Under the pieces are notes generated by a model. It did not search any database and had not been told where the DNA came from. It saw only the letters and a list, made by a program, of their open reading frames with translations. From Amoebidium appalachense (taxonomy: Eukaryota > Protista > Ichthyosporea): a stretch of 64,000 nucleotides of DNA. How positions within the stretch are numbered: position 1 is the first letter of the stretch; every line of letters starts with the position of its first letter. The stretch is taken from positions 3,391,098 through 3,455,097 of the forward strand of contig CAVNZM010000011.1 in the NCBI GenBank assembly GCA_963693365.1. Direction: 5' to 3'. Below, piece after piece: positions 51,179-61,064 of this stretch. The position numbers were made by a program, and so were the translations under genes.

Positions 51179-51391
51179 CTACACAGCCTTTGTCTTTGCC
51201 AGCAACTGCTTGCGGGTCTTGCGCACCAATTTTAGGAAGTCCTTGCCCTCGTGTTCGGCCTGGTCGAGGCGGGCAAGTGCCGTCTTCATGGTCGACGGCT
51301 GCGAGGGGATGGCGGGGGCTTTGGCGCGTCTCGTGCGAGACTTCCTCTTGGACACGCCGATCTGCTCGAGGATTAGGTCGTCCAGTGTCAT
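51179..51391 (-). CDS. Small basic viral protein
   Basis: MTLDDLILEQIGVSKRKSRTRRAK.., 70 aa. Confidence 0.5.
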   Translation of the reverse strand: MTLDDLILEQIGVSKRKSRTRRAKAPAIPSQPSTMKTALARLDQAEHEGKDFLKLVRKTRKQLLAKTKAV

Positions 51392-51446
51392 TCTAACAGC
51401 ACTGCCGAATAAACGGGGAGCTGCCAACCGTTGGGCGCAAAACCAC

Positions 51447-51722
51447 CTACAGCCTCTCGAGTGCGGGAACCGCGTACTGGAGAAGTGCGTATATGATGCC
51501 CACGGCAATCAAGCTCCGCGTGATGTTCTGCTCGCCACGTCCCTGCCAGACCAGGAAGAACAGGAACACGTACTGCAGCCAGGGCCACTTGCGCCCCAGG
51601 CGGTGGAGCGAGTCGTTGGGTGGGTAGGCCATGTAGGCGGTCAACCCGGTGATGGTAGCCTGGAAAAGGGGGTTTCTCATGTATGCCCTCATCCCATAAT
51701 CGACACCCGTGGCCAAAGACAT
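51447..51722 (-). CDS. Small viral multi-pass membrane protein
   Basis: Hydrophobic segments flanking FLFFLVWQG; 91 aa. Confidence 0.6.
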   Translation of the reverse strand: MSLATGVDYGMRAYMRNPLFQATITGLTAYMAYPPNDSLHRLGRKWPWLQYVFLFFLVWQGRGEQNITRSLIAVGIIYALLQYAVPALERL

Positions 51723-51778
51723 TATACCCTACCACCAAATTATATCGAACGGCTGCTGTCTGGAGGCATTTTGGCGGT

Positions 51779-52312
51779 TTAGAGAATCTCGAGCCCGGCG
51801 TCGTCCAAGCGCATGCGTGCCACCCCCGTTGCCGAGGTGAACAGCAGTCCCGAGTCCCCGGCTGCCTCGATGCGCCAGCCGTTTGCAAAAACAAAGTGGC
51901 CGTCGAAATTGCCTACAAGCCTGTCCATCCACGGGCTCTGTATTCGTCCGTCACGTGTGACCGTGAGCACATCCTGGCCGTTACCTGTTCGTAGGCGCCC
52001 GCGCACGTGCGGATCGACATAGACCATAAGGTCCTTGATCTTGGGGAAATATGGCAGCGGCTCGTCCAGCACCAGCAGCCCCCGTGCGAGCTCAACCGAC
52101 TGGATCGTGCGTACGTGGTGAAGCACAGCCAGGGCCTGTCCTGGGTAGAAGAAGTACTCGGGGCTCGTGACGTTCCTGAACCTGAGGTTGCCCTTGTCCC
52201 AGCTGAACCCCCCCTGCACGCCTATGGAAAGCGGTTGGTCGGAGTCCCAGGCCATGCACCTGACCGTCGCGGTGTCCAGCTCGCATCCCGACATTATTGC
52301 GTGGCTCTGCAT
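51779..52312 (-). CDS. Hypothetical viral protein (beta-rich)
   Basis: 177-aa ATG ORF; no motif recognised; start may be at 52291. Confidence 0.6.
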   Translation of the reverse strand: MQSHAIMSGCELDTATVRCMAWDSDQPLSIGVQGGFSWDKGNLRFRNVTSPEYFFYPGQALAVLHHVRTIQSVELARGLLVLDEPLPYFPKIKDLMVYVDPHVRGRLRTGNGQDVLTVTRDGRIQSPWMDRLVGNFDGHFVFANGWRIEAAGDSGLLFTSATGVARMRLDDAGLEIL

Positions 52313-52811
52313 GGATAACCGCCATGATAACAGTCATTCGCGCGTCTTTGCGGCCGAGCTCGACGGGCAGGTGGGTGCGAGAGATGTGGCTCGACGGCTG
52401 CTGGAGAACGGGGCGAGGGCGGTATGCTCGGCAGGCAGTGAGGGTGGTGTTCGAGTGTGCGTGCTGTACCGGAGCTTTCGGGGCGCGGGCGAGGTGATGG
52501 GTGTGCTTGCGGCTTTCAAGTGCAGGAGGTGTGTGGTGCGACGTCCAACAAACGCGTTCAAGGACTGGCTGGAGGTCGTCTCGCTAAACCGTGACCCGTG
52601 CATGTACGTACAGAAGGGGGGAAAGATGCAGCTGAGCGAGGAGCTGTTTCCAAAAGAGCTTGAGTCCATGGGCTGCTACTGCGAGTACGTGGAGGCATGC
52701 CACTTCTACTCGCCCGTGCTCAAAAGACTGGATATGCCACTGCCCCGTCTGGGGGATATTTATTGCGAAGAGGAGACGGAGGCCAGCGAGGATGACGCGG
52801 CCGGTGACTGA
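52311..52811 (+). CDS. Hypothetical viral protein with acidic C-terminus
   Basis: 166-aa ORF from ATG 52311. Confidence 0.55.
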   Translation: MDNRHDNSHSRVFAAELDGQVGARDVARRLLENGARAVCSAGSEGGVRVCVLYRSFRGAGEVMGVLAAFKCRRCVVRRPTNAFKDWLEVVSLNRDPCMYVQKGGKMQLSEELFPKELESMGCYCEYVEACHFYSPVLKRLDMPLPRLGDIYCEEETEASEDDAAGD

Positions 52812-53626
52812 GGGGCCGGCCCGGGGGGGCTGGGAGCTGCGGGCGGGCCGGGGGGGCTGTGGGGCTCCTCGTCGGGGTCGCAGTCGGGGGTGAGGTAGCG
52901 GTCCAGGGTGTCCTCGAGCGCTCGCTGCACGGCCGCCCAGGCGCCCTCGTCGTAGTGCAGGGTCTCGGTGTCGAGCTCACCGCACAGGCACTGGATGAAC
53001 TCGCAACTCTTAAGCCCTGTGATGGCAAAGTAGCCCATGACCTGGATGCGGTCGTAGATGGGGATGTGGAACTTGTTGACGCGGTTCTTGACCTCGACGA
53101 TGCGCCCGAGCTCGTCGCACACGCCGTCCAGGCGGCCCCCGATCTGGTAGCGCACTCCGCCACGCGTGGTGAAGGGCTTGGAGACACGGAACACGGTGTT
53201 GCGCTCGGTCAGCTTCTTGCCGGTCAGCCGCTCGTACTCGTCCATGACGGGGTCCTCGCCCGTGAGCCCGCGGGTCTTGAAGATGACGCCCCTGGCCAGC
53301 TCCCTGTCGGCGGGGTCGTCGATGGACGAGAGCGCATCGTCGATCAGCATCTTGAGCTCGTCGGCGGACTCGGCCTTGGCCATCTTCACGAGCCCGTTCT
53401 CCAGCACGTCGGCATGGCGCTTGCGGCAGAGGAACTCGGCCTTGCGGGCCGCAGCCTCGCCGAGACGGGCATTGCGCAGGCGCGAGCGAAGGTGGGGGAA
53501 GGACGAGTAGACAATCTGTTCGTTGTGGCAGAGCAGGGCGTTCACGGCATCGGCGACTTCACGATACTTGTGGCGACCAGCGAGGGCAGCGAGCTCAGTG
53601 CAGTAGATGGTCAGAATTCTGGACAT
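52760..53626 (-). CDS. YqaJ-like (lambda-exonuclease family) viral recombination nuclease
   Basis: TELAALAGRHKY, GLTGEDPVMDEYE, IGGRLDG, IVEVKNR, YDRIQVMGY motifs. Confidence 0.85.
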   Translation of the reverse strand: MSRILTIYCTELAALAGRHKYREVADAVNALLCHNEQIVYSSFPHLRSRLRNARLGEAAARKAEFLCRKRHADVLENGLVKMAKAESADELKMLIDDALSSIDDPADRELARGVIFKTRGLTGEDPVMDEYERLTGKKLTERNTVFRVSKPFTTRGGVRYQIGGRLDGVCDELGRIVEVKNRVNKFHIPIYDRIQVMGYFAITGLKSCEFIQCLCGELDTETLHYDEGAWAAVQRALEDTLDRYLTPDCDPDEEPHSPPGPPAAPSPPGPAPQSPAASSSLASVSSSQ

Positions 53627-53680
53627 GCCTACAGGTAGCTGAGAAAATAAAAAGTGAGGGGGTTTGGTCACCGCGCGGCC

Positions 53681-53783
53681 TTTTATACCCTTGAACGTGC
53701 AACCCAGTCGCCAAAACAAGAAAAAATCGACCGCGCTTCATCGCGGCAGTCGCATCACCTCTGACTCCCGCGAAGGTATAAAA
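53681..53783. promoter_or_regulatory. Divergent promoter with two outward-facing GGTATAAAAG TATA boxes
   Basis: Minus-strand TATAAAA at 53687-53681 (YqaJ gene) and plus-strand TATAAAA at 53777-53783 (zinc-ribbon gene). Confidence 0.65.
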
Positions 53784-53822
53784 GCCGGCACACACCCATA
53801 CAACCATCACATCTGCAGCAAC

Positions 53823-55523
53823 ATGTCTCTCTCTCAAACCTTTCCTTCTCTTGCCCGCGAGTGGCACCCAAGCAAGAATGCCCCGCTGTCGGCGTCGTCC
53901 GTGGGGGCAAAGTCGAACAAGAAGGTGTGGTGGCTCTGCGGCACACCGGGCTGCAACACCGAGTGGGAGGCCTACGTGTTTGCGCGGATCAAGCAGGAGC
54001 CAGGCTGCGTCGCGTGCCGCAAGAAGGCCGACCCCAAGAAGTACTTTACCAAGAAGCTCGATGCCGACAAGACCTTTGCGGCGCTCTTCCCCGACATTTC
54101 CGCAGAATGGCACTTTGAGAAGAACACCCCCATCACCCCCTCCGACATCGGCAAGGCAAGCAACGTCTTCTGGTGGAAATGTTCCAGTCCCGGTTGTGAT
54201 GTCGAGTGGCAGGCGAGCCCCTCGAACCGCACGAAGAACGGACCTGGCTGCCCGGCATGCAAGCGCAAGGGGATAAGCATGCGCGTGAAGACGGATGAGA
54301 CACTCCGAGCGAAGTTCCCTGCCATTGCCGCCGAGTGGCATCCCACGAAGAATGGTGAGGCCACGCCAGACAGCGTGCACCACGGCAAGAAGATGAAGGT
54401 CTGGTGGGTGTGCACGAACGGTCACGAGTGGGAGAACTGGATTCACAACCGCACACGACTCGGCAACGCCTGCCCCAACTGTGCCAGCAACAAGAGGGCT
54501 CGCGCGCTCGGGCCTGACGAAGTCGAGACGCCGGCCACCAAACGCCCGCGCAAAGAACTGCCCAAGAACGACGAGGAGTACGCCGAGAAGCGACACGCCA
54601 ACCTTGAACGACGAAGCGCCCACGGCACCGAGATAGGTGCAGTAGGAAAGAAGTGGGTGATGGGCATGTTCAGAGAGGCTGGTCTGACCATTATGCCGAC
54701 AAGGGAAAGTTGTGGCGCAGATTTCCTTTGGGTGACGGAGCCTGGTGACGAACCCCGTGGCTTTGCAGTGACGGTTAAAACCAGCACCCGACGGGACGAA
54801 TCCGTGTTCCAATTTATGCGATGCAACAAATACCCAGGTGGAGTGGTCGCGTGCGTTGGCGACGACGGCAGGACACGGCGGCTGTGGGTCTTTGCTGGGA
54901 ACGAATCAGTCATGAATGCGTCTGGGCAAATTACCATTGGGCAAGGGGGGCGGGCTAGATTTGCGGACCGGGAGGTCGCGTCTATTGAGGAGCTGAGGTT
55001 TGCACTTGACAGACTGAAAGGGAACCTGCAATTACAAACATTCATCCAAGTCAACACACCAAAGGGAGCAAAGCAGATGCGGGAGATCGAGACACAGGCG
55101 GCAATCGAGGAAGTACTTCAGACCAAGTTTGTGTACCCAGAGGCACATGAACACAACGCGCGATACGACATGTACTGGAAGGGCAAAAGGGTGCAGGCCA
55201 AGACAGCGACGGACATGGGTTCGTATTGGCAGTTTAAACTGGCGACATATACCGGTGGGCCCACACGTGAAACACATTATGCAATAGGCGACTTTGACTT
55301 TGTGATGGTGTATCTTCCCGGTTCTTCACCGAGTGTTTTATTCGTCCCAGCCTCGGAGCTCCACCGACGGGGGCTGATCGCTGATGTCCACGGTCCTCGA
55401 GCGGCACCCTGTGTGACATTGAAGAAGCATGGTGGGGGAAAGCACGGCTGGCTCCTGGATTTCAGATATCCTATAGTCCAGGGGTTGGAAGAAAGCTTTG
55501 GATCGATCCTGGAGCGTTTCTAG
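53823..55523 (+). CDS. Triple zinc-ribbon (DUF4379-like) protein with C-terminal PD-(D/E)XK-like endonuclease domain(s)
   Basis: Three repeats of FPxxAxEWHxxKN..(V/F)WWxC..W....R....CxxC. Then ADFLWV..VTVKTS and YDMYW..VQAKTA motifs. Confidence 0.8.
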   Translation: MSLSQTFPSLAREWHPSKNAPLSASSVGAKSNKKVWWLCGTPGCNTEWEAYVFARIKQEPGCVACRKKADPKKYFTKKLDADKTFAALFPDISAEWHFEKNTPITPSDIGKASNVFWWKCSSPGCDVEWQASPSNRTKNGPGCPACKRKGISMRVKTDETLRAKFPAIAAEWHPTKNGEATPDSVHHGKKMKVWWVCTNGHEWENWIHNRTRLGNACPNCASNKRARALGPDEVETPATKRPRKELPKNDEEYAEKRHANLERRSAHGTEIGAVGKKWVMGMFREAGLTIMPTRESCGADFLWVTEPGDEPRGFAVTVKTSTRRDESVFQFMRCNKYPGGVVACVGDDGRTRRLWVFAGNESVMNASGQITIGQGGRARFADREVASIEELRFALDRLKGNLQLQTFIQVNTPKGAKQMREIETQAAIEEVLQTKFVYPEAHEHNARYDMYWKGKRVQAKTATDMGSYWQFKLATYTGGPTRETHYAIGDFDFVMVYLPGSSPSVLFVPASELHRRGLIADVHGPRAAPCVTLKKHGGGKHGWLLDFRYPIVQGLEESFGSILERF

Positions 55524-55533
55524 TGTTGAGGTC

Positions 55534-55711
55534 CATCGTTTATGCACGCGCGGTGTTTTATTTGAGTGGTGTGAACACAATATACTTGCAATATTGACTC
55601 CTGTGGCAGGTCCACATCGTTTATGCGTGGTGTTTTATTTGAGTGTTGTGTATTTCAATAAACGGACAAAATTAAACAATATGCACAATGAACACAATAT
55701 ACTTGCAATAT
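55534..55711. repeat. Imperfect direct duplications in the convergent 3' intergenic region
   Basis: catcgtttatgc..ggtgttttatttgagtg occurs twice (~55534, ~55615) and tgaacacaatatacttgcaatat twice (~55572, ~55689). Confidence 0.8.
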
Positions 55712-55737
55712 CCGTGGTATAGAATTAAGATGGGTGC

Positions 55738-57036
55738 TCAGGAAAATCTTAATGAGAGCATCCCGCCACTGATGCTCACTAGGTTGTGACCTCTGGCATA
55801 TACCCAGAAGTCCACGGTGCCGCTGAGGGACTCGTGAAGCTCCAGGTTCAGGTCAATCGTGTCGATGCGGGAGAAGTTCGTGCTGCCTGTGGGCTGGATG
55901 GAGTCTTCGGGCTGGAGGGCATAGGGGATCATGAACATCTTGAGCGTAGGGGCACGGGTGTGGTACTTCTGGACCAGCACCTTGTGCGAGAACAGCCCGC
56001 TGTAGTTGTACTGCATGCCGGTGTTGTTGTACTTGACGTCGATCTTCTGGATGGGTAGGTACAGCGGGTTGTTGGGGCTCTTGCCAGGCGAGGCAAAGTT
56101 GAAGAAGTCGTTCTTGCCGGGCTCGTTGTTGCGTGTGCGGGGCTGGCACACGATGAGCAGCTCCTTGACAGGGAAGCCGAAGTTGAGCTGCTGCGTGAGG
56201 GTAGCCTTCTCGTTGGGCCTGCTGTTGACGTTGGAGCTGAACATCTTCTCCTGCCACAGGTCCACGAGGTAGTCGTGGCGCTGGGCCTGGGCCCACATGG
56301 CACGTTCCTGCTCGTCCACGAAGATGTACTCGACGATGATGCTGCTGTCGGAAATCTTGCCACCATGAGCGTCGTTGGTGGAGCTGGAGGGCTTCTGGTC
56401 GCCGACGTCGTTGATGAGGTCACGCAGGGGCTTGGTGTCGATGTCGATGCGCACGGTGTGGAACTGCAGGGCGACAATGGGCAGGGCAGCACCATACCTC
56501 CTGTTGAACCAGAACTGCAGGGGAAAGAAGTACTCCATCTCGTGGTTGGCCCACTCGCGCAGCTGGCTCACATGATCGGCCTTGCCAATGGCGATGCCCA
56601 GCCCCTTGCCAGGGGGTGTCTCGATGTCCTCGAGCAGGGCGAGAAGACGGCCCACGTGCTGGTCGATGCGGTATGTCCCCACGTTCAGCTCGATGCGGTT
56701 GAAGAGGGCAAAGGGCAGCATGTTGACAAAGTGGGCGTCGTAGGGAAGGGGGCCAATCGAGCCGTTGGAGACGGCGTTGGGTGGCCCACGCTTAAGAGCG
56801 CCTACCTTGAAGTGGATCCAAAGGTCCTTGATGAGGTCTCCGGAACGACTAATCTCGCAGTTGCAGCCGGTGGCGCCGTAGTCCAGGGCGGTCTGGAAGT
56901 TGACCCTAAAGAACTCAATGGAGAAGTTGCTGATCTGCGCATACTTGCTGCGGAACAGGGTCTTGGTGGGTTTGAAGGTCAGAACGGAATCCTGAACGCC
57001 CTTGGACACCAGCTGCACAATCGCCGAGCTAGACAT
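55738..57036 (-). CDS. MCP: NCLDV double jelly-roll major capsid protein
   Basis: N-terminus IVQLVSKGVQDSVLTFKP..FRSKY..NFSIE, SGDLI, FPLQFWF, ALPIVALQF, FPVKEL, YALQPE..QPTGSTNFSRID, NLVSISGGM. Confidence 0.97.
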   Translation of the reverse strand: MSSSAIVQLVSKGVQDSVLTFKPTKTLFRSKYAQISNFSIEFFRVNFQTALDYGATGCNCEISRSGDLIKDLWIHFKVGALKRGPPNAVSNGSIGPLPYDAHFVNMLPFALFNRIELNVGTYRIDQHVGRLLALLEDIETPPGKGLGIAIGKADHVSQLREWANHEMEYFFPLQFWFNRRYGAALPIVALQFHTVRIDIDTKPLRDLINDVGDQKPSSSTNDAHGGKISDSSIIVEYIFVDEQERAMWAQAQRHDYLVDLWQEKMFSSNVNSRPNEKATLTQQLNFGFPVKELLIVCQPRTRNNEPGKNDFFNFASPGKSPNNPLYLPIQKIDVKYNNTGMQYNYSGLFSHKVLVQKYHTRAPTLKMFMIPYALQPEDSIQPTGSTNFSRIDTIDLNLELHESLSGTVDFWVYARGHNLVSISGGMLSLRFS

Positions 57037-57124
57037 GTTTAATAGACGCGCACATAATATTGCGCTCTCGTGGGTCTGGATGCATATCGTACCATCAAAC
57101 AGACTTTTTGCGGCTAACAGCAGG

Positions 57125-57940
57125 ATGCCCTACGCAACGTTCGAGGCCCTGTACAACGACTTCGGCGGCCCGGCCCGTCGGCTGCAGATACTCGCCACGG
57201 ACCGCTACGCGAGGGATTTCGACATCCCTGAGCCCGTGGTGCAGGACTGCGCGCTGCTGCTTGCGCACGCGATCGACGAGTTCACGGAACAGCTGGCCCA
57301 CGAGGCGCCGCTGCCGCTGTCTGCCCTCGGGATCGTCGACATGGCGCACTACATCTGGGGACTGCTCGAGACGGCCGAAGTCAAGAAGTTCCCGTTCAGC
57401 AAGGCGCTGCGCGTGGCCGAGGACGTGTACCAGCGCACGAGGCTGGCATGCATGTCGTCCACGGCGGCGGACTTCAACCGTACGGTCGTGGACGCATGCG
57501 GCACGCCCGCCACGGTGGTGACGGACATCAGCAGGTACTCGCGCTTCTACGAGCTGCCGCTGGCGGACGTGGCCACAATCAACAGGTGGCTTGTGACAAC
57601 CAAGCGACAGCTGGCAAGCGACCCGATGAAGGTACTGGATGTCCCCAAGCCCATCCAGCGCATGCGCCCGCGCACCCGCTGCGTGAAGCGGGAGGAGGCG
57701 CAGAGCCGGCGCATGGAGCTGCACGAGGACCTGTTCCAGCGCTGGCGCAACACCGTCTACAAGCCGGACAACATGGTGGCCATGCCGACCCACGAGGTGG
57801 ACAAGAATACCCTGCTGGCCGTGCACCACCGGCGGCTCACCGGGCAGCACGTCGAAAAGTTTGTGTCGGGGACGGCGGTGGACATCCGGGGAAAACCGGC
57901 CCCCGGCAAAAGCGCCATGTTTTTCGCGGCAGTGGACTGA
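57125..57940 (+). CDS. Unknown viral protein, paralog family member 1
   Basis: ATG at 57125. Aligns by eye with 57970-58776 (LQI..YAR.F.I, LSALGI, RVAED.YQR, DFN...VD.CG.P, EDL..RWRN). Confidence 0.8.
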   Translation: MPYATFEALYNDFGGPARRLQILATDRYARDFDIPEPVVQDCALLLAHAIDEFTEQLAHEAPLPLSALGIVDMAHYIWGLLETAEVKKFPFSKALRVAEDVYQRTRLACMSSTAADFNRTVVDACGTPATVVTDISRYSRFYELPLADVATINRWLVTTKRQLASDPMKVLDVPKPIQRMRPRTRCVKREEAQSRRMELHEDLFQRWRNTVYKPDNMVAMPTHEVDKNTLLAVHHRRLTGQHVEKFVSGTAVDIRGKPAPGKSAMFFAAVD

Positions 57941-57969
57941 CGTGGCCATTTTATGGATGAGACATGTAA

Positions 57970-58776
57970 ATGGTGCTTATAGGACAAGCTGACTCCGCCG
58001 ACTTTAACGCCAAGGTAAAGGACGTTGTCGACAAGCTACCGCTGCGGCACCTGCAGATCGTCAACGCCAAAACTTATGCCCGGCGCTTCAACATAGACGT
58101 AGACACGGCCCAGGCGCTTGGGGTGTACGTGCGTCTCAACATCGACCATTTTCTCCTGGGAATACAGAACAACCAGGCGCCGCAACTCAGTGCGCTCGGC
58201 ATTCCGATTCTTGCCGTGCAGGTCCTTCCTAACACAACCGAGCCAACCACAAGAGTGACTGACGCCATCAGGGTTGCCGAAGACATCTACCAGAGGCTGA
58301 GACGGGTGGTGACAAACGACTCCAGCCCAGACTTCAACCTCATGACCGTGGACGACTGCGGGCAGCCGCGCATGTACATCACCAGGGTCGAGGAGTTCAT
58401 GCGCACATACTCGGTAGCCTTCAACTGCGTGACCACTATCAACAAGCACCTATCGAACATCTCGAAGCTTAAGACGGCTACCGCTTCTGCCACAACCCTA
58501 ATCCCATGCTTCATCAACGGCGATCTCTTCAAGGTAACCACATGCCCCGGCCCAGTGTGCGCTGAAGTCAAGATGTTGGGCCGTCTTCAACTGTATGAAG
58601 ACCTCTACAGCCGCTGGCGCAACGTGGTCATCGGCACCAGCACGCTGGCTGTGACCACGTCGAACCTCACCATGCAGGGCGACACATTGGCCGCATTGTA
58701 CTATCGCAACCTGGACAAGGCCCGCCGGGAGGCCAAACCGTGCATGCAGTCGGCAAATATCTGCCTGGGGCGCTGA
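57970..58776 (+). CDS. Unknown viral protein, paralog family member 2
   Basis: 268-aa ATG ORF; tandem paralog of 57125-57940. Confidence 0.8.
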   Translation: MVLIGQADSADFNAKVKDVVDKLPLRHLQIVNAKTYARRFNIDVDTAQALGVYVRLNIDHFLLGIQNNQAPQLSALGIPILAVQVLPNTTEPTTRVTDAIRVAEDIYQRLRRVVTNDSSPDFNLMTVDDCGQPRMYITRVEEFMRTYSVAFNCVTTINKHLSNISKLKTATASATTLIPCFINGDLFKVTTCPGPVCAEVKMLGRLQLYEDLYSRWRNVVIGTSTLAVTTSNLTMQGDTLAALYYRNLDKARREAKPCMQSANICLGR

Positions 58777-58804
58777 TCGCTCCATTTATTCGGGGCCATA
58801 CCCA

Positions 58805-59191
58805 ATGGCAAAAATGAACGTGCGAAACTACTCGAAGGGGTCCGCTGAACCGCCCACCCCAAAGGCATCCAAGCGTAAGCCCCCCACAAAGACACGGCGC
58901 TGCGGGCCGGCGACCTCCCGTGTCAAGGGCGTGTGCATGCCGGCGCGGCTCGACCAGCTTGACGGCAAGGATGGCGGGGCACGATCGCATTTGCCCAAGA
59001 ACTATTCGGGTGAGGTCAGCACAGCAAGCAGCAACCTGATGGACAAGCTATTCACCACCACAACTAATTACCAGGCGCTCGCCACCCATCTTGCAGCAAC
59101 CAGTAATGCGACCGCCTGGGGAGTGGACAAGCTGGCAACCATCCTTGACGGCACGGCTCAGCGTACCCGGACCACCATGTTCCTGCAATAA
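58805..59191 (+). CDS. Hypothetical viral protein, basic N-terminus
   Basis: 128-aa ATG ORF; AATAAA overlaps the stop. Confidence 0.6.
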   Translation: MAKMNVRNYSKGSAEPPTPKASKRKPPTKTRRCGPATSRVKGVCMPARLDQLDGKDGGARSHLPKNYSGEVSTASSNLMDKLFTTTTNYQALATHLAATSNATAWGVDKLATILDGTAQRTRTTMFLQ

Positions 59192-59378
59192 AGCATACGC
59201 GCCGTCCTGTATTTCACGTCCGACTTGCCAGCCAGATACAGGTGAACCTACCACCTTTTCCTAAACTTGCCAACATGACCACGGGTCATGAAAGGAGCTA
59301 GGCTAGTGGCGGTCATGCGGTTACAAGAAATATCATTGTAGCAGTAGCCCGCATGCAAACGTTATGTCCATACAAGTA

Positions 59379-59759
59379 ATGTCTCGACCCAACCTCAAAT
59401 CGCGATGCTGGGGCCCGCACTTCTGGAAAGTCATCCATGCTGTGACCCTGGGCTACCCGGACAACCCCACACCGCGCGTCAAGGAGCAGTACGAAGGCTT
59501 CTTCAACTCGTTGGTGAACGTTCTTCCATGCCGGGCGTGCCGTGGACACTTTGCCAAACTCATACGGCACTCCAGATGCAAGCTTGGCCGGCGTATCCTG
59601 CGGAACAGGAATGCGCTGTCCAAATGGGGCGTGAGGGTTCACAACGCCGTGAACCAGCGCAAGAAGAAGCCGGCGGTGCGGCCCAGCGAGGCCCTGAAAC
59701 CCTACGAGGCCTGGATGGTCAAGCCACGCCCTGGTTCGCAGCCCAGTGCCGAACGATAG
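59379..59759 (+). CDS. Erv1/Alr-family FAD-linked sulfhydryl oxidase (poxvirus E10R-like)
   Basis: WGPHFWKVIH, LPCRACRGHF (CxxC), HNAVN motifs. Confidence 0.93.
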   Translation: MSRPNLKSRCWGPHFWKVIHAVTLGYPDNPTPRVKEQYEGFFNSLVNVLPCRACRGHFAKLIRHSRCKLGRRILRNRNALSKWGVRVHNAVNQRKKKPAVRPSEALKPYEAWMVKPRPGSQPSAER

Positions 59760-60423
59760 TGGCCAGGTGCTGGATGTATGCGCCGGGATGCAAATCGTTC
59801 TTTGTGTAGTTGCAGGTCTTGCAGCAGGGCACGCTGTTGCTCTCGGTGTACCCCACGGCCGGATACAGCCGGTCGACGCCGTTGGACTGGTCCAGGCCGC
59901 AGTAGAAGCAGGGCTCCCTGCGAATGGCGTCAAACTGCTTTCGCGTGAGCGTGAACACGGACGAAGGGCAGCGCCGGCCATTTTCTGTGTCGCAGCGCTT
60001 TCGGGCGCTGCACCTGTACGTGTTGTAGTTTGTGCTGTATGCGCGCGATGACGGGGGCTGCCTGTACGCCCTGCGAGTGGCAAGGGCCTTTGCGAGCCGC
60101 TTGACGCCAGCAGCCGAGCGCCCCAGCGCGCGTTTGACCAGCGGGCAGTGCAACAGCGTGTGTGCGGCGAGGGCGGCGAGCTGCGTGGTGCGCAGGCCGT
60201 GGCGGATCCGGTGGCAGACGGTGCACACGGGACGCACGTTCCCGTGGACGTAGCCGCGCTTGTAGAGGCACAGTGCCACGTTACGGTGGGTCCGCTCGGC
60301 CTCGGCGCGGTTGCACACCTGGCACGGCCGCTTGAACAATTCCGCCAGGGTGGTGGGCGACAACTCGATGGGCAGCTTCTTGTTGGCGGCGTTGGCCCTA
60401 AGACTGGCCACAAACTGCTCCAT
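59719..60423 (-). CDS. HNH-type endonuclease with two Zn-binding modules
   Basis: PCQVC..GYVHGNVRPVCTVCH and PCFYCG..NGVDRL..GYTESNSVPCCKTCNYTK. Confidence 0.8.
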   Translation of the reverse strand: MEQFVASLRANAANKKLPIELSPTTLAELFKRPCQVCNRAEAERTHRNVALCLYKRGYVHGNVRPVCTVCHRIRHGLRTTQLAALAAHTLLHCPLVKRALGRSAAGVKRLAKALATRRAYRQPPSSRAYSTNYNTYRCSARKRCDTENGRRCPSSVFTLTRKQFDAIRREPCFYCGLDQSNGVDRLYPAVGYTESNSVPCCKTCNYTKNDLHPGAYIQHLATIVRHWAANQGVA

Positions 60424-60441
60424 GTTAAACCCAACAATAAA

Positions 60442-60744
60442 TCAACCGGTGACGAACACACGCGGCCCATCTGTTGCGACCACCACTCCCAGCGGGGCGC
60501 ACAAACCCGCCACCCAGGACGCGTACTCGGGCGTGGCGTGCAGCAGCAGCAGCCGCGGCCTACCCCCTCCCCGTGCGCGCTCAAGGATGCCCAGCAGTCC
60601 CGGCACCCAGCTGTGCACGTACCCCGGCCCCACGGCGGCCTCGATGCCCAGCCGTGCACAGGAGGCCCTTAGGAGCGTCCACTTGCGCATGGGGAGCACA
60701 AACATGCCGCAGGGGATGATGTGGTCGACATGCCTTGCCTCCAT
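60442..60744 (-). CDS. Hypothetical viral protein
   Basis: 100-aa ORF from ATG 60744 filling the gap. Confidence 0.45.
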   Translation of the reverse strand: MEARHVDHIIPCGMFVLPMRKWTLLRASCARLGIEAAVGPGYVHSWVPGLLGILERARGGGRPRLLLLHATPEYASWVAGLCAPLGVVVATDGPRVFVTG

Positions 60745-60812
60745 TTGCGGGAGCCGGGGGGGGTCGCGGGTATAAATACCCTCGACGCCACCACACCCGG
60801 CCAGTCTCGACA

Positions 60813-61064
60813 ATGGTGGCCTACGACGAATTCGAACTTCTGGCCTACCTCGGCACCCCTGTGCCAAGTGAAACGGAGTCGGAGGACGAGAGGGAGCCCC
60901 TGCCGCCCCCCCTTGATCAAGAGTTTGAGCTGTTGGTGCACATCTTCCAGGAAATCAAGTACCGATCGGCCACCACCGGCCTGTTTGACCGACTCACCCT
61001 CAAGCATTTCTACACACTGGCCCACAACACGTCAAGCTGCTTCACGTCGGCACGTTTGCGGTGA
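60813..61064 (+). CDS. Small acidic viral protein
   Basis: MVAYDEFELL..; GGTATAAATA 42 nt upstream. Confidence 0.6.
   Translation: MVAYDEFELLAYLGTPVPSETESEDEREPLPPPLDQEFELLVHIFQEIKYRSATTGLFDRLTLKHFYTLAHNTSSCFTSARLR

Noticed and set aside
52859-57949. Long antisense ORFs (52859-53638, 53595-54812, 56275-57042, 57095-57949)
   Set aside because: Shadows of GC3-rich genes on the opposite strand that have clear motifs or paralogs.
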